This document shows positions 8,380 through 18,002 of a stretch of DNA of 32,000 nt, in pieces (the stretch's first letter is position 1; each line of letters opens with the position of its first letter). Made by a program: the position numbers and the translations under genes. The notes under the pieces were generated by a model. That model was given only the letters and a program-made list of their open reading frames with translations, made no database searches and was not told the origin of the DNA. The DNA is from Flavobacteriaceae bacterium (lineage in GTDB: Bacteria; Bacteroidota; Bacteroidia; Flavobacteriales; Flavobacteriaceae), in contig OZ245049.1 of NCBI GenBank assembly GCA_965224465.1, positions 2,730,001 through 2,762,000 on the forward strand, given 5' to 3'.

Positions 8380-9102
8380 TCATCCCTTGGTAACTGATTT
8401 TAAAGACGCATCTCTCCCTATCAATCGTACACTTCTTTCGATTTCTTTTTTCAACCGATCATCCTTAAGCTCATCATACTGAATACCCAAGAACAACCTA
8501 CTCTCAGAAACCCCAGACATGGCGCGAATTATTTTCCATTTCAATAAATCGTTATTAAGATTCGCGAAATAACAAGCATTTAAGGATTCAAAAACACCTG
8601 TTGACTTAGCGTAGAAATTAATATATCCAATCGCATCTATTAATTCGCTCAGAGCCTGCTGATTCGCCACTTCTAAGCCCTTTAAAAGTTCAGGAATAGC
8701 AATGCCTCCTATCCGTATCAACGTACGGCTCACAATATCCCTTGGCAACGGATAGCTGTCTTTTAAAAATAACTTTTGTGGTACAATTGCATGTTGATTC
8801 GTGCCAATTTTGGCTACATAAGTTAGGAGTGGTTTTATGGATATCTCTCCAAGTCCAGCAAGCGTGTTACAAATCTCAATTTTAGGATACAACTTTTGCT
8901 CAATTTCCAAAGCGCTTAGAAGAACGTTCACGGAATCGCTGGTTTTATTAGCTATTAACAAGCGGGCACCTAAAGTTCTTTTTGAGGCACTTTCTGCGTT
9001 CAATAAAGCAACTTTTTGATCGAAAGAAATGGTTAGATAGCCAACTGGAATTTCTTTAGAAAGCCAGCCACGATTGCGAAGGAGTTCTTCTTTAGTTGTC
9101 AT
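8380..9102 (-). CDS. HEAT-like (PBS-lyase type) repeat protein, function unknown
   Basis: 240 aa. Repeated helical pattern RTLGARLLIANKTSDSVNVLLSALEIEQKLYPKIEICNTLAGLGEISIKPLL. The family call is by pattern only. Confidence 0.45.
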   Translation of the reverse strand: MTTKEELLRNRGWLSKEIPVGYLTISFDQKVALLNAESASKRTLGARLLIANKTSDSVNVLLSALEIEQKLYPKIEICNTLAGLGEISIKPLLTYVAKIGTNQHAIVPQKLFLKDSYPLPRDIVSRTLIRIGGIAIPELLKGLEVANQQALSELIDAIGYINFYAKSTGVFESLNACYFANLNNDLLKWKIIRAMSGVSESRLFLGIQYDELKDDRLKKEIERSVRLIGRDASLKSVTKG

Positions 9103-9193
9103 TTTGCTAACTGATTAAAAATTTATAAAACAACGAGTATCAATATTCATAGCAATATAGTCGACAACTAAAAACAAAGTCCCAAAGGGAAAT

Positions 9194-9946
9194 CTACTTC
9201 AACTCTCGAATATCAGAAGCAAAAATCCAACCTATTTTGCCATCTGAAATTTTTATTTTTTTCCAATTGTCCACGGCATCTAGCACAATAACTTTTGTTC
9301 CCTCGTGCAAGTCAAACAATAGATCACTACTACTTGTAGGAGCGTTTTTAACTTCGGTTTTAGAGGCAAACACGATGGCAATTCTATTGTTACGAATCAC
9401 CTTAAAATTATGGAATGCAAAAAACACAGAAACCAGCAAAACAAGCACCGATAAGATCGTTAAATTAAAGAGCAACAGCTTTCTTCTACTAGAAACAGCA
9501 AAGTGATACCACAGAAACCATATCGCAGCTAATAAAGCCATTAAAACAGCAATATAAGCCCATGTATTGTAGGAGAATTTCATGATTACTATACGGTTAA
9601 ACTTCTGCAAAAATGTTGTTGGCAATACTTTGATATTATCAATGGTCATCCGCTTAGCAAAAGTCAAATTATTTTGGGCATCCGAATGCAAAGGGTTCAG
9701 CAACAATGCTTTTTCAAAATTATAAATAGCAGGTGCTATCTTATTTAATTTATAATAGGAATTTCCCAAATTAAAATACAGATCATCAGAAACAAGTCCT
9801 TTTGCCTCAATGGATTTATACAGGTCAATAGCCTTTGAATACGCCCCTTCTTTATACATGTTATTGGCTTCCATAAACAAGGCATCGGTTTGTTGAGCAT
9901 ACCCCATTGTCCATGAAAACAACACTAAGAAAATAATTTTTTTCAT
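9194..9946 (-). CDS. batE: BatE-like protein (TPR repeats, TM helices, C-terminal SH3b domain)
   Basis: Signal peptide, TPR motifs (AYSKAIDLYKSIEAKG, YFNLGNSYYKLNKIAPAIYNFEKALLLNP), two TM helices and an SH3-like tail (GTKVIVLDAVDNWKKIKISDGKIGWIFASDI). Last position of the Bat operon. Confidence 0.75.
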   Translation of the reverse strand: MKKIIFLVLFSWTMGYAQQTDALFMEANNMYKEGAYSKAIDLYKSIEAKGLVSDDLYFNLGNSYYKLNKIAPAIYNFEKALLLNPLHSDAQNNLTFAKRMTIDNIKVLPTTFLQKFNRIVIMKFSYNTWAYIAVLMALLAAIWFLWYHFAVSSRRKLLLFNLTILSVLVLLVSVFFAFHNFKVIRNNRIAIVFASKTEVKNAPTSSSDLLFDLHEGTKVIVLDAVDNWKKIKISDGKIGWIFASDIRELK

Positions 9947-10007
9947 TTTAATATATATTCAATAAATACTTTAACTCACAAACAGTAACTCAGGCATTCA
10001 ACCTAAC

Positions 10008-11780
10008 TTATAATTTTTTATCTAGTTTCACCAATATTTGTTTTGCACGTTCAAACTCCTGTTTCATTTCCACATCTGTTGCAGGAGAGTACCTTGCAAA
10101 ATCACAATCAATTAACACCGCAATAAAATCTTTAATCACATCACCTTCAACATTTCTTTGTTGTAATATTTCAGTAATTTTATCTTTGCTAATATCGCTT
10201 GTTTCAATTTGTAATTTAGCTTTCAAGAAATTGTGCAACGCTTTTTCTAAAGCGATATAAAAGGCTTCTTTGTTCCCTAATTCTTTTTTTGCTTTAGACA
10301 AGTACTTACGTGCTAATTTATCTGCCTTTCTAATTTTATTTCCAAAGATGTCGGCAGAACGTTCGGCGCGTTTCTTTCCTATAAACACCCCAATTGGAAT
10401 GGCTAAAAACGGCAAAAACAACAATAAGTAAAACAAGTTTGACTGAAAGAAATCTTCCGATTTAATAGCTTTAAAAGAACTACTTGTAGCGATGTATTTA
10501 AAATCGTTCCCACTCAAAATCACATTTTCTTTACCCTCAACAATTGCATTGTCTTTCTCCGAACTAGGCAATGGCTTCCCTTCAGAAACTTCTATAAAGA
10601 TAGGCGCCGATTTAATGGTTGCATATTTTTTGTCTTTTACGCTAAAATAAGTAAAACGAACGGATGGAATTTTATATTTTCCTTTGTATTCTGGAACTAC
10701 GGTATAGGTATCAGAAATACGTCCACGCAATCCTCCCAAAGCTGTATTCACATGCTCTTTATGTTCTGGTGTATATATTTCAAGTTGTGAAGGCGCTATA
10801 ATTTTTGGGATTTCAAATAATTTTAAATTCCCTGTCCCTCTCACTTCCACGTTTACTTGGGCGGTTTCATTGGCTTTTAGCACATTCTTATTAACGCTAA
10901 CTTGAAACGTAAAATCTCCTACAGCACCTGTAAAATCGACCGGTTTCCCTTCGATTGGCAAATCCTGTACATAAACAATTCGCTTGGGAGACGCTGTCGA
11001 ATAATTAACATTACGCGTAATAGGATTCCCAAAAAAGTCTCCTCTCCCTGTAGGAATACCAACATTAAAATCCATTTTAATAGGATCAATACTTAATTTT
11101 CCAGATTTTTGAGGAATTAAAATAGCACGTTTTAGAACAATATATCTATAGGTATTATCCCCATTATAAGTTCCTTTTTTAACTTTGATAGCTCCCACAT
11201 TAATATCTTGGTTCCAAAAACCATTGTACTGAGGACTCTCGCTAGTTCGCCAATCGCGCACGCTAATGTTTTCATTCACAAACAACTTGTAGACCACATA
11301 AATGCCTTCACCTACAAAAGGTTTGGTGTTTGAAATTTCTGCCACTAAGTGAATTCCTTCCTGAGCAGCATACAATGGATCGTTTGGATCCTTCGCAATT
11401 TTTACGTTATTGGTTACATTTATCTGAACGGTATTGGACTTCACCACTTTTCCTTTATATTCCAACGTAGCAGCAGGAATGGTAAACGTACCCACGCTTG
11501 TTGGCTGAATAATATAAATATAGGACAAGGCATAAGACACCTTCCCATTAATCCAAGATTGATTTACAGACTGCGTTGGCCCACCAACAATCCTAAAATT
11601 AGTGAAATTTGGAGGCGTAAAATTATCAGACCCTTGCTTGTCAATCGAAAATTCAATTTTCAAACGTTGATTCATTCCTAATTTACTTTTACTCACAGAG
11701 GTTTTAAACTCAATTTGAGCAAATAGCAACTGCGTAGAAAGCAGTATAAATGCAAGTATGTAACAGTGTTTCATTTTCAT
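10008..11780 (-). CDS. batD: BatD (oxygen-tolerance) family protein
   Basis: 590 aa. Signal peptide, long beta-rich periplasmic region, one TM near aa 455-475 and a C-terminal helical segment ending CDFARYSP. Sits between batC and batE. Confidence 0.75.
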   Translation of the reverse strand: MKMKHCYILAFILLSTQLLFAQIEFKTSVSKSKLGMNQRLKIEFSIDKQGSDNFTPPNFTNFRIVGGPTQSVNQSWINGKVSYALSYIYIIQPTSVGTFTIPAATLEYKGKVVKSNTVQINVTNNVKIAKDPNDPLYAAQEGIHLVAEISNTKPFVGEGIYVVYKLFVNENISVRDWRTSESPQYNGFWNQDINVGAIKVKKGTYNGDNTYRYIVLKRAILIPQKSGKLSIDPIKMDFNVGIPTGRGDFFGNPITRNVNYSTASPKRIVYVQDLPIEGKPVDFTGAVGDFTFQVSVNKNVLKANETAQVNVEVRGTGNLKLFEIPKIIAPSQLEIYTPEHKEHVNTALGGLRGRISDTYTVVPEYKGKYKIPSVRFTYFSVKDKKYATIKSAPIFIEVSEGKPLPSSEKDNAIVEGKENVILSGNDFKYIATSSSFKAIKSEDFFQSNLFYLLLFLPFLAIPIGVFIGKKRAERSADIFGNKIRKADKLARKYLSKAKKELGNKEAFYIALEKALHNFLKAKLQIETSDISKDKITEILQQRNVEGDVIKDFIAVLIDCDFARYSPATDVEMKQEFERAKQILVKLDKKL

Positions 11781-11796
11781 TGTAAAAACGGCTAAA

Positions 11797-12639
11797 TTAC
11801 CAATCTTTTTGTTGTTTCACTTTTCTTCCTCTGGCTTTTTTTGCGTTTAATTTTTTTTGTGTTTTATTTTCTTCATTATTCATCGCCTCGAGCAATTGCT
11901 TTATTTGCTCTGGAGACAGTTGACTAGGACGCTTCTGAGGGGGTTGATCTTTCCCCTTATCCTTTTCCTTATCTTTATTTTTATCTTTAGGCTGATCGTC
12001 TTTTTTATCATCACCCTTATCATCTTTCTTTTTATCCTTGTCTTTTTTATCGTCTTTCTTCTTATCTTTCTTATCTTTCTTATCTTTCTTATCTTTCTTA
12101 TCGCCGTCTTTCCCTTTTTTCTTATCCTTATCCTTCTTATCTTTATTCTTGTTCTTGTCTTTTTTATTCTTCTTCTTATCTTTTTGTTGCTGCTCTTTTA
12201 ACTTTTCTTGCGCCAAGGCTAAATTATAACGAGTTTCATCATCTTTAGGGTTGTTCCGCAACGATTTTTTAAAAGCATCTACAGCCGGAGCATATTTTTT
12301 TTCATTCATTAAAGAATTCCCTAAATTATGATAAGATGCAGCTTTAGCTTCTTTGGTTTTTAATGTTTTTTCTAGCGAAGAATACTCCTTAATGGCTTCT
12401 TTATTCCTATTTTGTTGATAGATAGAATTCCCTAGATTATACGCCGCTTTTTTATTATCGGGTGCTATTTCCAAGGCTTTTTTAAATGCCACTTCAGCAG
12501 CTATATAACTAGCAGCATTGTATAATTTATTCCCTTGACGAATATACTCACGCGCTTGACGCTGTAATTTTTCATCTCCTTTTTTTTCCTGTGAAAAAAG
12601 GGCAAAAGGAATGCATAGTATGATTAAAAAATACTTCAT
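11797..12639 (-). CDS. batC: BatC-like TPR protein with a long Lys/Asp-rich low-complexity tail
   Basis: Signal peptide, three TPR-like units (AAYNLGNSIYQQNRNKEAIKEY, ASYHNLGNSLMNEKKYAPAVDAFKKSLRNNP, RYNLALAQEKL), then a KDKK-type tract of about 90 aa. Confidence 0.75.
   Translation of the reverse strand: MKYFLIILCIPFALFSQEKKGDEKLQRQAREYIRQGNKLYNAASYIAAEVAFKKALEIAPDNKKAAYNLGNSIYQQNRNKEAIKEYSSLEKTLKTKEAKAASYHNLGNSLMNEKKYAPAVDAFKKSLRNNPKDDETRYNLALAQEKLKEQQQKDKKKNKKDKNKNKDKKDKDKKKGKDGDKKDKKDKKDKKDKKKDDKKDKDKKKDDKGDDKKDDQPKDKNKDKEKDKGKDQPPQKRPSQLSPEQIKQLLEAMNNEENKTQKKLNAKKARGRKVKQQKDW
12061..12102. repeat. In-frame 9-bp tandem repeat (CTTATCTTT x4 plus a partial unit) inside batC
   Basis: Direct reading gives cttatcttt four times, then cttatc. 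On the coding strand it encodes the KDK-repeat tract ...DKKDKKDKKDKKDKK.... Confidence 0.9.
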
Positions 12640-12640
12640 A

Positions 12641-13678
12641 TTATTTCTTTTGATTGAATAGGTTCAAACGTTGAATCCATCCTGTTTTTTTATCCAATAA
12701 AAACACGTCTAAAAACAAGAACAAGAGTCCAAAACCAATAAACCATTGGAATTGATCTATATAATCTGAAAATTGCTTGCTTTCAAATTCGTTTTTCTCT
12801 GCGTGGATTAATATTTCTGAAATCTTCGCTACTGTTTCGTTGGTTTTATTACCGTCAATATAGAGTCCATTTCCTTGGTCGGCAATCTCTTTTAGCAAAT
12901 CGGCATGTAATTTTGTAATAACCGTTTCCCCTTTCTGGTCTTTTTTATAACCGACCAACACACCGTTTCTCTTTAAAGGAATGGGAGCTCCTTTAGACAA
13001 TCCTACACCGACAGTAAATATTTTAATCCCCTCTTTTACGGCTTTCAAAGTAATGTTTTTCGAATTTTCTTGATGATCTTCACCATCAGATAGTATAAAT
13101 AAATATCGATTAGTCTGCTCGTTATTATCAAAATAAGTCACTCCTAAATCAATTGCTTCACTTATAGCCGTTCCTTGACTTGACACCATATCTGGGTTGG
13201 CATTTTTTAAAAACATCTTCGCTGCAGCATGGTCTGTCGTAATAGGCAACAGTGGATACGCATTTCCTGCATAAATAATAATCCCCACACGATCACTTCC
13301 TAATTTATCAATTACCTTATTTAATATCTGTTTGGCTTTTTCCAACCGACTCGGTGCAATATCCTCTGCCAACATGCTTTTAGACACATCCAAGGCAAAT
13401 ACAATATCTACCCCTTCTCGCTTAATGGTTTCTAATTTGGTTCCCATTTTCGGATTTACCAATGAGACCACCAACAATGTCAGAGCAAGGCAAATAAAAC
13501 CAATTTTTAAGGATGATTTAAAGGTTGATTTCTCGGGACTTAAACGCTGCAACAAATCGGTATCGGCAAACTTTTTTTGTGTGGATTTTTTCCACCAATA
13601 CATTAACATATACGCTACAAAAACAATAGGTACAATGGCTAAATATATAAAATATGATGACTCTTCTATTTGGTACAT
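12641..13678 (-). CDS. batB: BatB, VWA domain-containing membrane protein
   Basis: N-terminal TM helices, MIDAS motif ALDVSKSM and a C-terminal TM. One nt from the batC start. Confidence 0.8.
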   Translation of the reverse strand: MYQIEESSYFIYLAIVPIVFVAYMLMYWWKKSTQKKFADTDLLQRLSPEKSTFKSSLKIGFICLALTLLVVSLVNPKMGTKLETIKREGVDIVFALDVSKSMLAEDIAPSRLEKAKQILNKVIDKLGSDRVGIIIYAGNAYPLLPITTDHAAAKMFLKNANPDMVSSQGTAISEAIDLGVTYFDNNEQTNRYLFILSDGEDHQENSKNITLKAVKEGIKIFTVGVGLSKGAPIPLKRNGVLVGYKKDQKGETVITKLHADLLKEIADQGNGLYIDGNKTNETVAKISEILIHAEKNEFESKQFSDYIDQFQWFIGFGLLFLFLDVFLLDKKTGWIQRLNLFNQKK

Positions 13679-13698
13679 TCGGTTTGCTTAAAATTATT

Positions 13699-14703
13699 TT
13701 AAATAAAACTACGATACACGGTAAAACGCAATATCAACTCTATTAACACAAGTCCTAGGGCTAGCAAGACTAAACTACGATATTGCTCCGTATAATTGTA
13801 ATACTTAAACTCTTCTATATCTGTTTTTTCTAACTTATTAATCTCGTTGTAAATCTGCTGTAACTTATTATTATTGGTAGCTCTAAAATACTCTCCTCCT
13901 GTCTCCTTCGCAATGTATTTCAGCAAGGTTTCATCTATTTCTACAGGAGCATTTCTAAATAACAACTTGCCCGTTAGTGGATCTTTTGCATAAGGAAAAG
14001 GAGCATTTCCATTTGTTCCTAAACCGATGGTATACACTTTAATTCCCAAACCAATCGCCAATTCTGTAGCTGTTTTTGGATCTACAAACCCCGTATTATT
14101 AACACCATCTGTCAATAAGATAATCACTTTACTTTTTGCTTTACTTCCTTTCAACCTATTTACTGCAGATCCCAATCCCATTCCTATGGCAGTTCCACCT
14201 TCCAATTGCCCCCATTTAATTTCCGAAATGGTACGTCGCACAATGCGCTTATCACTGGTAATAGGTGTTTTGGTAAAACTTTCTCCGGCGTACACCACAA
14301 TTCCAATACGATCGTTTGGACGTTGATTAACAAAACGAGTCGCTACTTTTTTAAGTGCTTCCAACCTATTTGGCTTTAAATCACGCGCTAACATACTCGC
14401 CGACACATCAATTGCCATCACAATATCTATTCCTTTATTGGTTTTTCTTTTTGTACTTACCGCAACATTTCTAGGTCTTGCCAATGCCACTATCAACAAA
14501 ATAATAGCCGACAGTCGCAACACATAAAGCAATGGTTTTAGACGAGACCAAACAGACGGCTGGACTCTAAATCCTTCTGTATGTGGTATGATTAACGTAG
14601 CCACATCATCCTTACGCGTCATAAATTGCCATATAGCCATCAATGGAACGCCTATTAACAACCATAAAAATTGCGGATTTAAAAATTCAAAATTCTCGAA
14701 CAT
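13699..14703 (-). CDS. batA: BatA, VWA domain-containing membrane protein
   Basis: N-terminus MFENFEFLNPQFLWLLIGVPLM, MIDAS motif AIDVSASM, LLTDGVNNTG and a C-terminal TM. Confidence 0.8.
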   Translation of the reverse strand: MFENFEFLNPQFLWLLIGVPLMAIWQFMTRKDDVATLIIPHTEGFRVQPSVWSRLKPLLYVLRLSAIILLIVALARPRNVAVSTKRKTNKGIDIVMAIDVSASMLARDLKPNRLEALKKVATRFVNQRPNDRIGIVVYAGESFTKTPITSDKRIVRRTISEIKWGQLEGGTAIGMGLGSAVNRLKGSKAKSKVIILLTDGVNNTGFVDPKTATELAIGLGIKVYTIGLGTNGNAPFPYAKDPLTGKLLFRNAPVEIDETLLKYIAKETGGEYFRATNNNKLQQIYNEINKLEKTDIEEFKYYNYTEQYRSLVLLALGLVLIELILRFTVYRSFI

Positions 14704-14706
14704 TGT

Positions 14707-16293
14707 TTATGGGTTTATTTTGATAGAAGTTAAAATTCTCTGTGTTATTACAACTGCATCTTTATCACCTTTTAAATGACTCACAATCACTTGGCGCATT
14801 CCTTTTGGTGTCGCAAACAATAACAAGGTTACTTTATGTTCAACGTTGTTGTTGGAATAATAACCAATGGCCTTTCTTCCTTCAACCCCATTGTTACGAA
14901 TGGCTTCTTGTATGATTCCGTATGGCTCAAAACCAGTAACAGCTCTTATCTGTGCAAAAGCTCCATCTACACTATTGTCTAAATCAAAATCAGGTACTTC
15001 TTTTAAAAAGCTCGTAGAATTAACTGCTACATAAAAACTAGACATTAAATCTCCCTGTGTGTACACCGTCATATCTCTAATCACGTCCTCTAATTGTTCG
15101 GGCACCTGAATGGTCATTGCACGCAGCATTTCTGGAGTAGCTATTGTCACAGAAGGATACCCATACGTAGAGGTATGCCATTGTTTGGTACTTAACGCTA
15201 ACGTTGATTTTTCAGAAACATCCTGTTGAATGTATTGGTATCCAATATAAGCACCTACAAAAAGTCCGATTGCTAATAGCGCCCCAAATATAATCAAACC
15301 AATTACGGCAAAATTAGTTCGTTTTTTAGCGGTTTCTTGTTGCTTAATTAATTGAGTGTTTTCAGAAATTTCTTCTATTTTAGTCACCGCATTTTTAGTG
15401 TCAACCAACACCGTTTCTATCACGTTCCTATCGGACTGTATGACCCCTATCTCAGGAGCACTTTTCGCAAACTTTACTAAATCTGCTGTCTCTAATACGC
15501 CCTTTAACTGCAGAATAGTTTCTTTAGAAATCCCTAAATCACTACTTTCGTTAAAATCTGTCATAGTTTCCACCAATTCGTCGGTAGTCAATTCCAAGGC
15601 AGGAATGTGTATGTCTTTCTCTAAATAAGTCCGTACTATATCTGTCAATTCACTGTAATAGTGTTTGATTTTATGTTGTTTTAACAATTCTTTTTCGTCC
15701 AATTCTTTCAAACGCTGCATGGCAATTTGTATGGCAGGAATGTCTGCCAATATCCGTTGTCTTTTTTTACTTCTCAGTTTATAAACCAATACAAAAACAC
15801 CAATTATCAATAGCAATAATACAGCGATAAAAATCAGAAGAACCACCCAAGAATCGAAAAAGTTTAACAAATAATCTAGCAACGAAAATTTCTCACCACG
15901 AATCGCTTTGATTGGATACATGGGTTGGTTTACAGTATCCAAGGGAACTGTAGCCACATTTATACGAAGGCTATCTGTAAAAAAGCGTTGCTTATTTATC
16001 CATACTTCTTGACTAGGAATCACAAAACTTCCACTATCAAAACTGGTTAAAATATATTTTTTTTCCAACCGATTTTTTAAGGTATCCACCGCTAAGGCTT
16101 CTACCAATTCCAATTTATGCAAGCTGTCAGGAACAAATTTAGGAAACACTACATTTTCTACAGCATTTACTTTGATTTTATACAACACCTGTTCACCAAT
16201 ACGGATTTGCGTTGTATCAGCATGAATACTCACTTGTTGAGCAGAGAGTCCAATCGTAAAAATTAATAAAAAATAATGTAAATATGTTTTCAT
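14707..16293 (-). CDS. BatD-paralogous two-TM membrane protein (DUF4381-like middle region) with an extra C-terminal domain of about 175 aa
   Basis: Signal peptide MKTYLHYFLLIFTIGLSAQ. N-terminal module ILTSFDSGSFVIPSQEVWINKQRFFTDSLRINV parallels BatD IIQPTSVGTFTIPAATLEYKGKVVKSNTVQINV. TM1 at about aa 148-171. Helical region ending ADLVKFAKSAP parallels BatD CDFARYSP. TM2 at about aa 327-352. Start abuts the DUF58 stop (TAAATG). Confidence 0.6.
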   Translation of the reverse strand: MKTYLHYFLLIFTIGLSAQQVSIHADTTQIRIGEQVLYKIKVNAVENVVFPKFVPDSLHKLELVEALAVDTLKNRLEKKYILTSFDSGSFVIPSQEVWINKQRFFTDSLRINVATVPLDTVNQPMYPIKAIRGEKFSLLDYLLNFFDSWVVLLIFIAVLLLLIIGVFVLVYKLRSKKRQRILADIPAIQIAMQRLKELDEKELLKQHKIKHYYSELTDIVRTYLEKDIHIPALELTTDELVETMTDFNESSDLGISKETILQLKGVLETADLVKFAKSAPEIGVIQSDRNVIETVLVDTKNAVTKIEEISENTQLIKQQETAKKRTNFAVIGLIIFGALLAIGLFVGAYIGYQYIQQDVSEKSTLALSTKQWHTSTYGYPSVTIATPEMLRAMTIQVPEQLEDVIRDMTVYTQGDLMSSFYVAVNSTSFLKEVPDFDLDNSVDGAFAQIRAVTGFEPYGIIQEAIRNNGVEGRKAIGYYSNNNVEHKVTLLLFATPKGMRQVIVSHLKGDKDAVVITQRILTSIKINP

Positions 16294-17166
16294 TTAACGT
16301 CCTCCTTTATGTTTAAAATAACCCAGTAATTTTTTAACATAGCTTTCATCTATTCGTGTACTAATAGTTCCCGAACCACTATGACTAAAAGCCTTAGTAA
16401 AATAATCTACTGTTTTTAAATAATGTGCTTTATATTGATTTCGGATGCTTTTTGACGCTGTATTCACCAAAACAGTTGCATTGGTTTCTGCATCTAACAT
16501 AGCGACCATCCCTAAATTTGGAATTTCAACATCGTGCTTATCAAAAATACGAATTCCAGTTACATCGTGTTTTCTACCAGCAATTTTTAACGTATGCTCG
16601 TAATCAGTATCCATAAAATCAGATAAGACAAACACAATAGCCCGTTTTTTTATCACATTAGACAAATATTTAAGCGCTCCATTGATATCTGTTTTTTTAC
16701 TTTCAGGATGGTATTCAATCAATTCACGAATAATCCGTAATACATGACTCCTTCCTTTTTTGGGAGGAATAAAAAGCTCTATCTGATCCGAAAATAAAAT
16801 CAGCCCTACTTTATCATTATTCTGAGTAGCAGAAAAAGCCAAGGTCGCAGCAATCTCTGTAGCAGTATCACGTTTAAACTGCGTCATTGTTCCAAAAGAT
16901 TCTGAACCACTCACGTCTACCATCAACATCATGGTGAGTTCACGTTCTTCTTCAAAAACTTTGATATACGTTTCGTTATACCGTGCGGTGACATTCCAAT
17001 CTATGGCGCGAATATCATCACCATATTGATATTGTCTCACTTCAGAAAAAGTCATTCCCCTTCCTTTAAAGGAACTATGATACTCCCCCGAAAAGATATG
17101 ATTTGACAAGCGTCTCGTCTTAATTTCGATTTTCCGAACCTTCTTTAATAATTCTTTCGTATCCAT
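16294..17166 (-). CDS. DUF58 domain protein (MoxR-associated, VWA-like)
   Basis: FKGRGMTFSEVRQYQYGDDIRAIDWNVTAR signature and the degenerate MIDAS motif VDVSGSE. Canonical partner of MoxR in Bat operons. Confidence 0.85.
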   Translation of the reverse strand: MDTKELLKKVRKIEIKTRRLSNHIFSGEYHSSFKGRGMTFSEVRQYQYGDDIRAIDWNVTARYNETYIKVFEEERELTMMLMVDVSGSESFGTMTQFKRDTATEIAATLAFSATQNNDKVGLILFSDQIELFIPPKKGRSHVLRIIRELIEYHPESKKTDINGALKYLSNVIKKRAIVFVLSDFMDTDYEHTLKIAGRKHDVTGIRIFDKHDVEIPNLGMVAMLDAETNATVLVNTASKSIRNQYKAHYLKTVDYFTKAFSHSGSGTISTRIDESYVKKLLGYFKHKGGR

Positions 17167-17177
17167 AATCCCTCTTC

Positions 17178-17999
17178 TTAAGATTTAGGTAAATAGCGGC
17201 TATAATCCTCTTGATTTACGGTTTTTTCAACTACTTCTTTTGAAACAATCGTCTTTATTGATTCAAATGATTTCCTTACGGCCAATGTATCTTTTACCAA
17301 CATAACACGTTTGCATAAATGTGGATGGTATGCCAATTTTTCTGAAAACCAAGTCCAAAATCCTGCTTCGGTATATTGTTGTTTTAGAAATACTTCTGCA
17401 TTTATTTTTTTTGCTAATTTAGGGCCTCCTGCCAATACGAGTATTCCTTCTTCTGCACCTTTTTGATTCAAGCTATGCCCAATACCATCACAGGTATATT
17501 CACAAGCTCTAGAATACGCCTGTGTTAAAAACGGGACAAACTGCGCAGGAAAGGTCCATAATTTTTTATTGATATGATTTCGTTTGATATGCCCCAATTC
17601 ATGCCCTATTACAAACTCCACAACATCGGCACCTTTTTCATAAGACACCTCTACCAAATCGCTGTACAAAACCACATAATTAAAGCCTAAAAAATTGGTT
17701 GCAAAAGCATTAATTACACCACCAGACTCTACAATATATACTTTGGGAATGCGCTTGAGTTCCAACTGTTCAGATTGCTTGACTATTACACGGTAAATAT
17801 CTGGGAATTGATGTTCAGAAACCCGAATACCATTTCCTTTTACATACCCAATTAATAAGCCTTGCCCTACTAATACAAACAATGCCAGGGGTAGTAAGAT
17901 AGGCAACAAAATAAGCATTGGAATTGAAATTAGCACCGTAACAATAACCAATACAATAAAATATGTTTTCTCTTTTTTATCTACACGAATCTGCATCAT
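17178..17999 (-). CDS. M48-like zinc metallopeptidase, membrane anchored
   Basis: Two N-terminal TM helices and an HEXXH motif in VIGHELGHIKRNH. Lies 3 nt after the moxR stop and 11 nt before the DUF58 start. Confidence 0.7.
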   Translation of the reverse strand: MMQIRVDKKEKTYFIVLVIVTVLISIPMLILLPILLPLALFVLVGQGLLIGYVKGNGIRVSEHQFPDIYRVIVKQSEQLELKRIPKVYIVESGGVINAFATNFLGFNYVVLYSDLVEVSYEKGADVVEFVIGHELGHIKRNHINKKLWTFPAQFVPFLTQAYSRACEYTCDGIGHSLNQKGAEEGILVLAGGPKLAKKINAEVFLKQQYTEAGFWTWFSEKLAYHPHLCKRVMLVKDTLAVRKSFESIKTIVSKEVVEKTVNQEDYSRYLPKS

Positions 18000-18002
18000 A
18001 TT

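Noticed and set aside
9148-9180. ATAGCAATA ... CTAAAAACAAAG, a possible further relic of the hairpin repeat in the batE / HEAT-gene spacer
   Set aside because: Only two short blocks match and their spacing is wrong (about 10 nt instead of about 24 nt). This cannot be distinguished from chance by eye.
11857-12229. Two F/L/I-rich plus-strand ORFs (114 aa and 63 aa)
   Set aside because: They are mirror-strand readings of the Lys/Asp-rich low-complexity tract of batC. The composition is a trivial complement of AAG/GAT-type codons.
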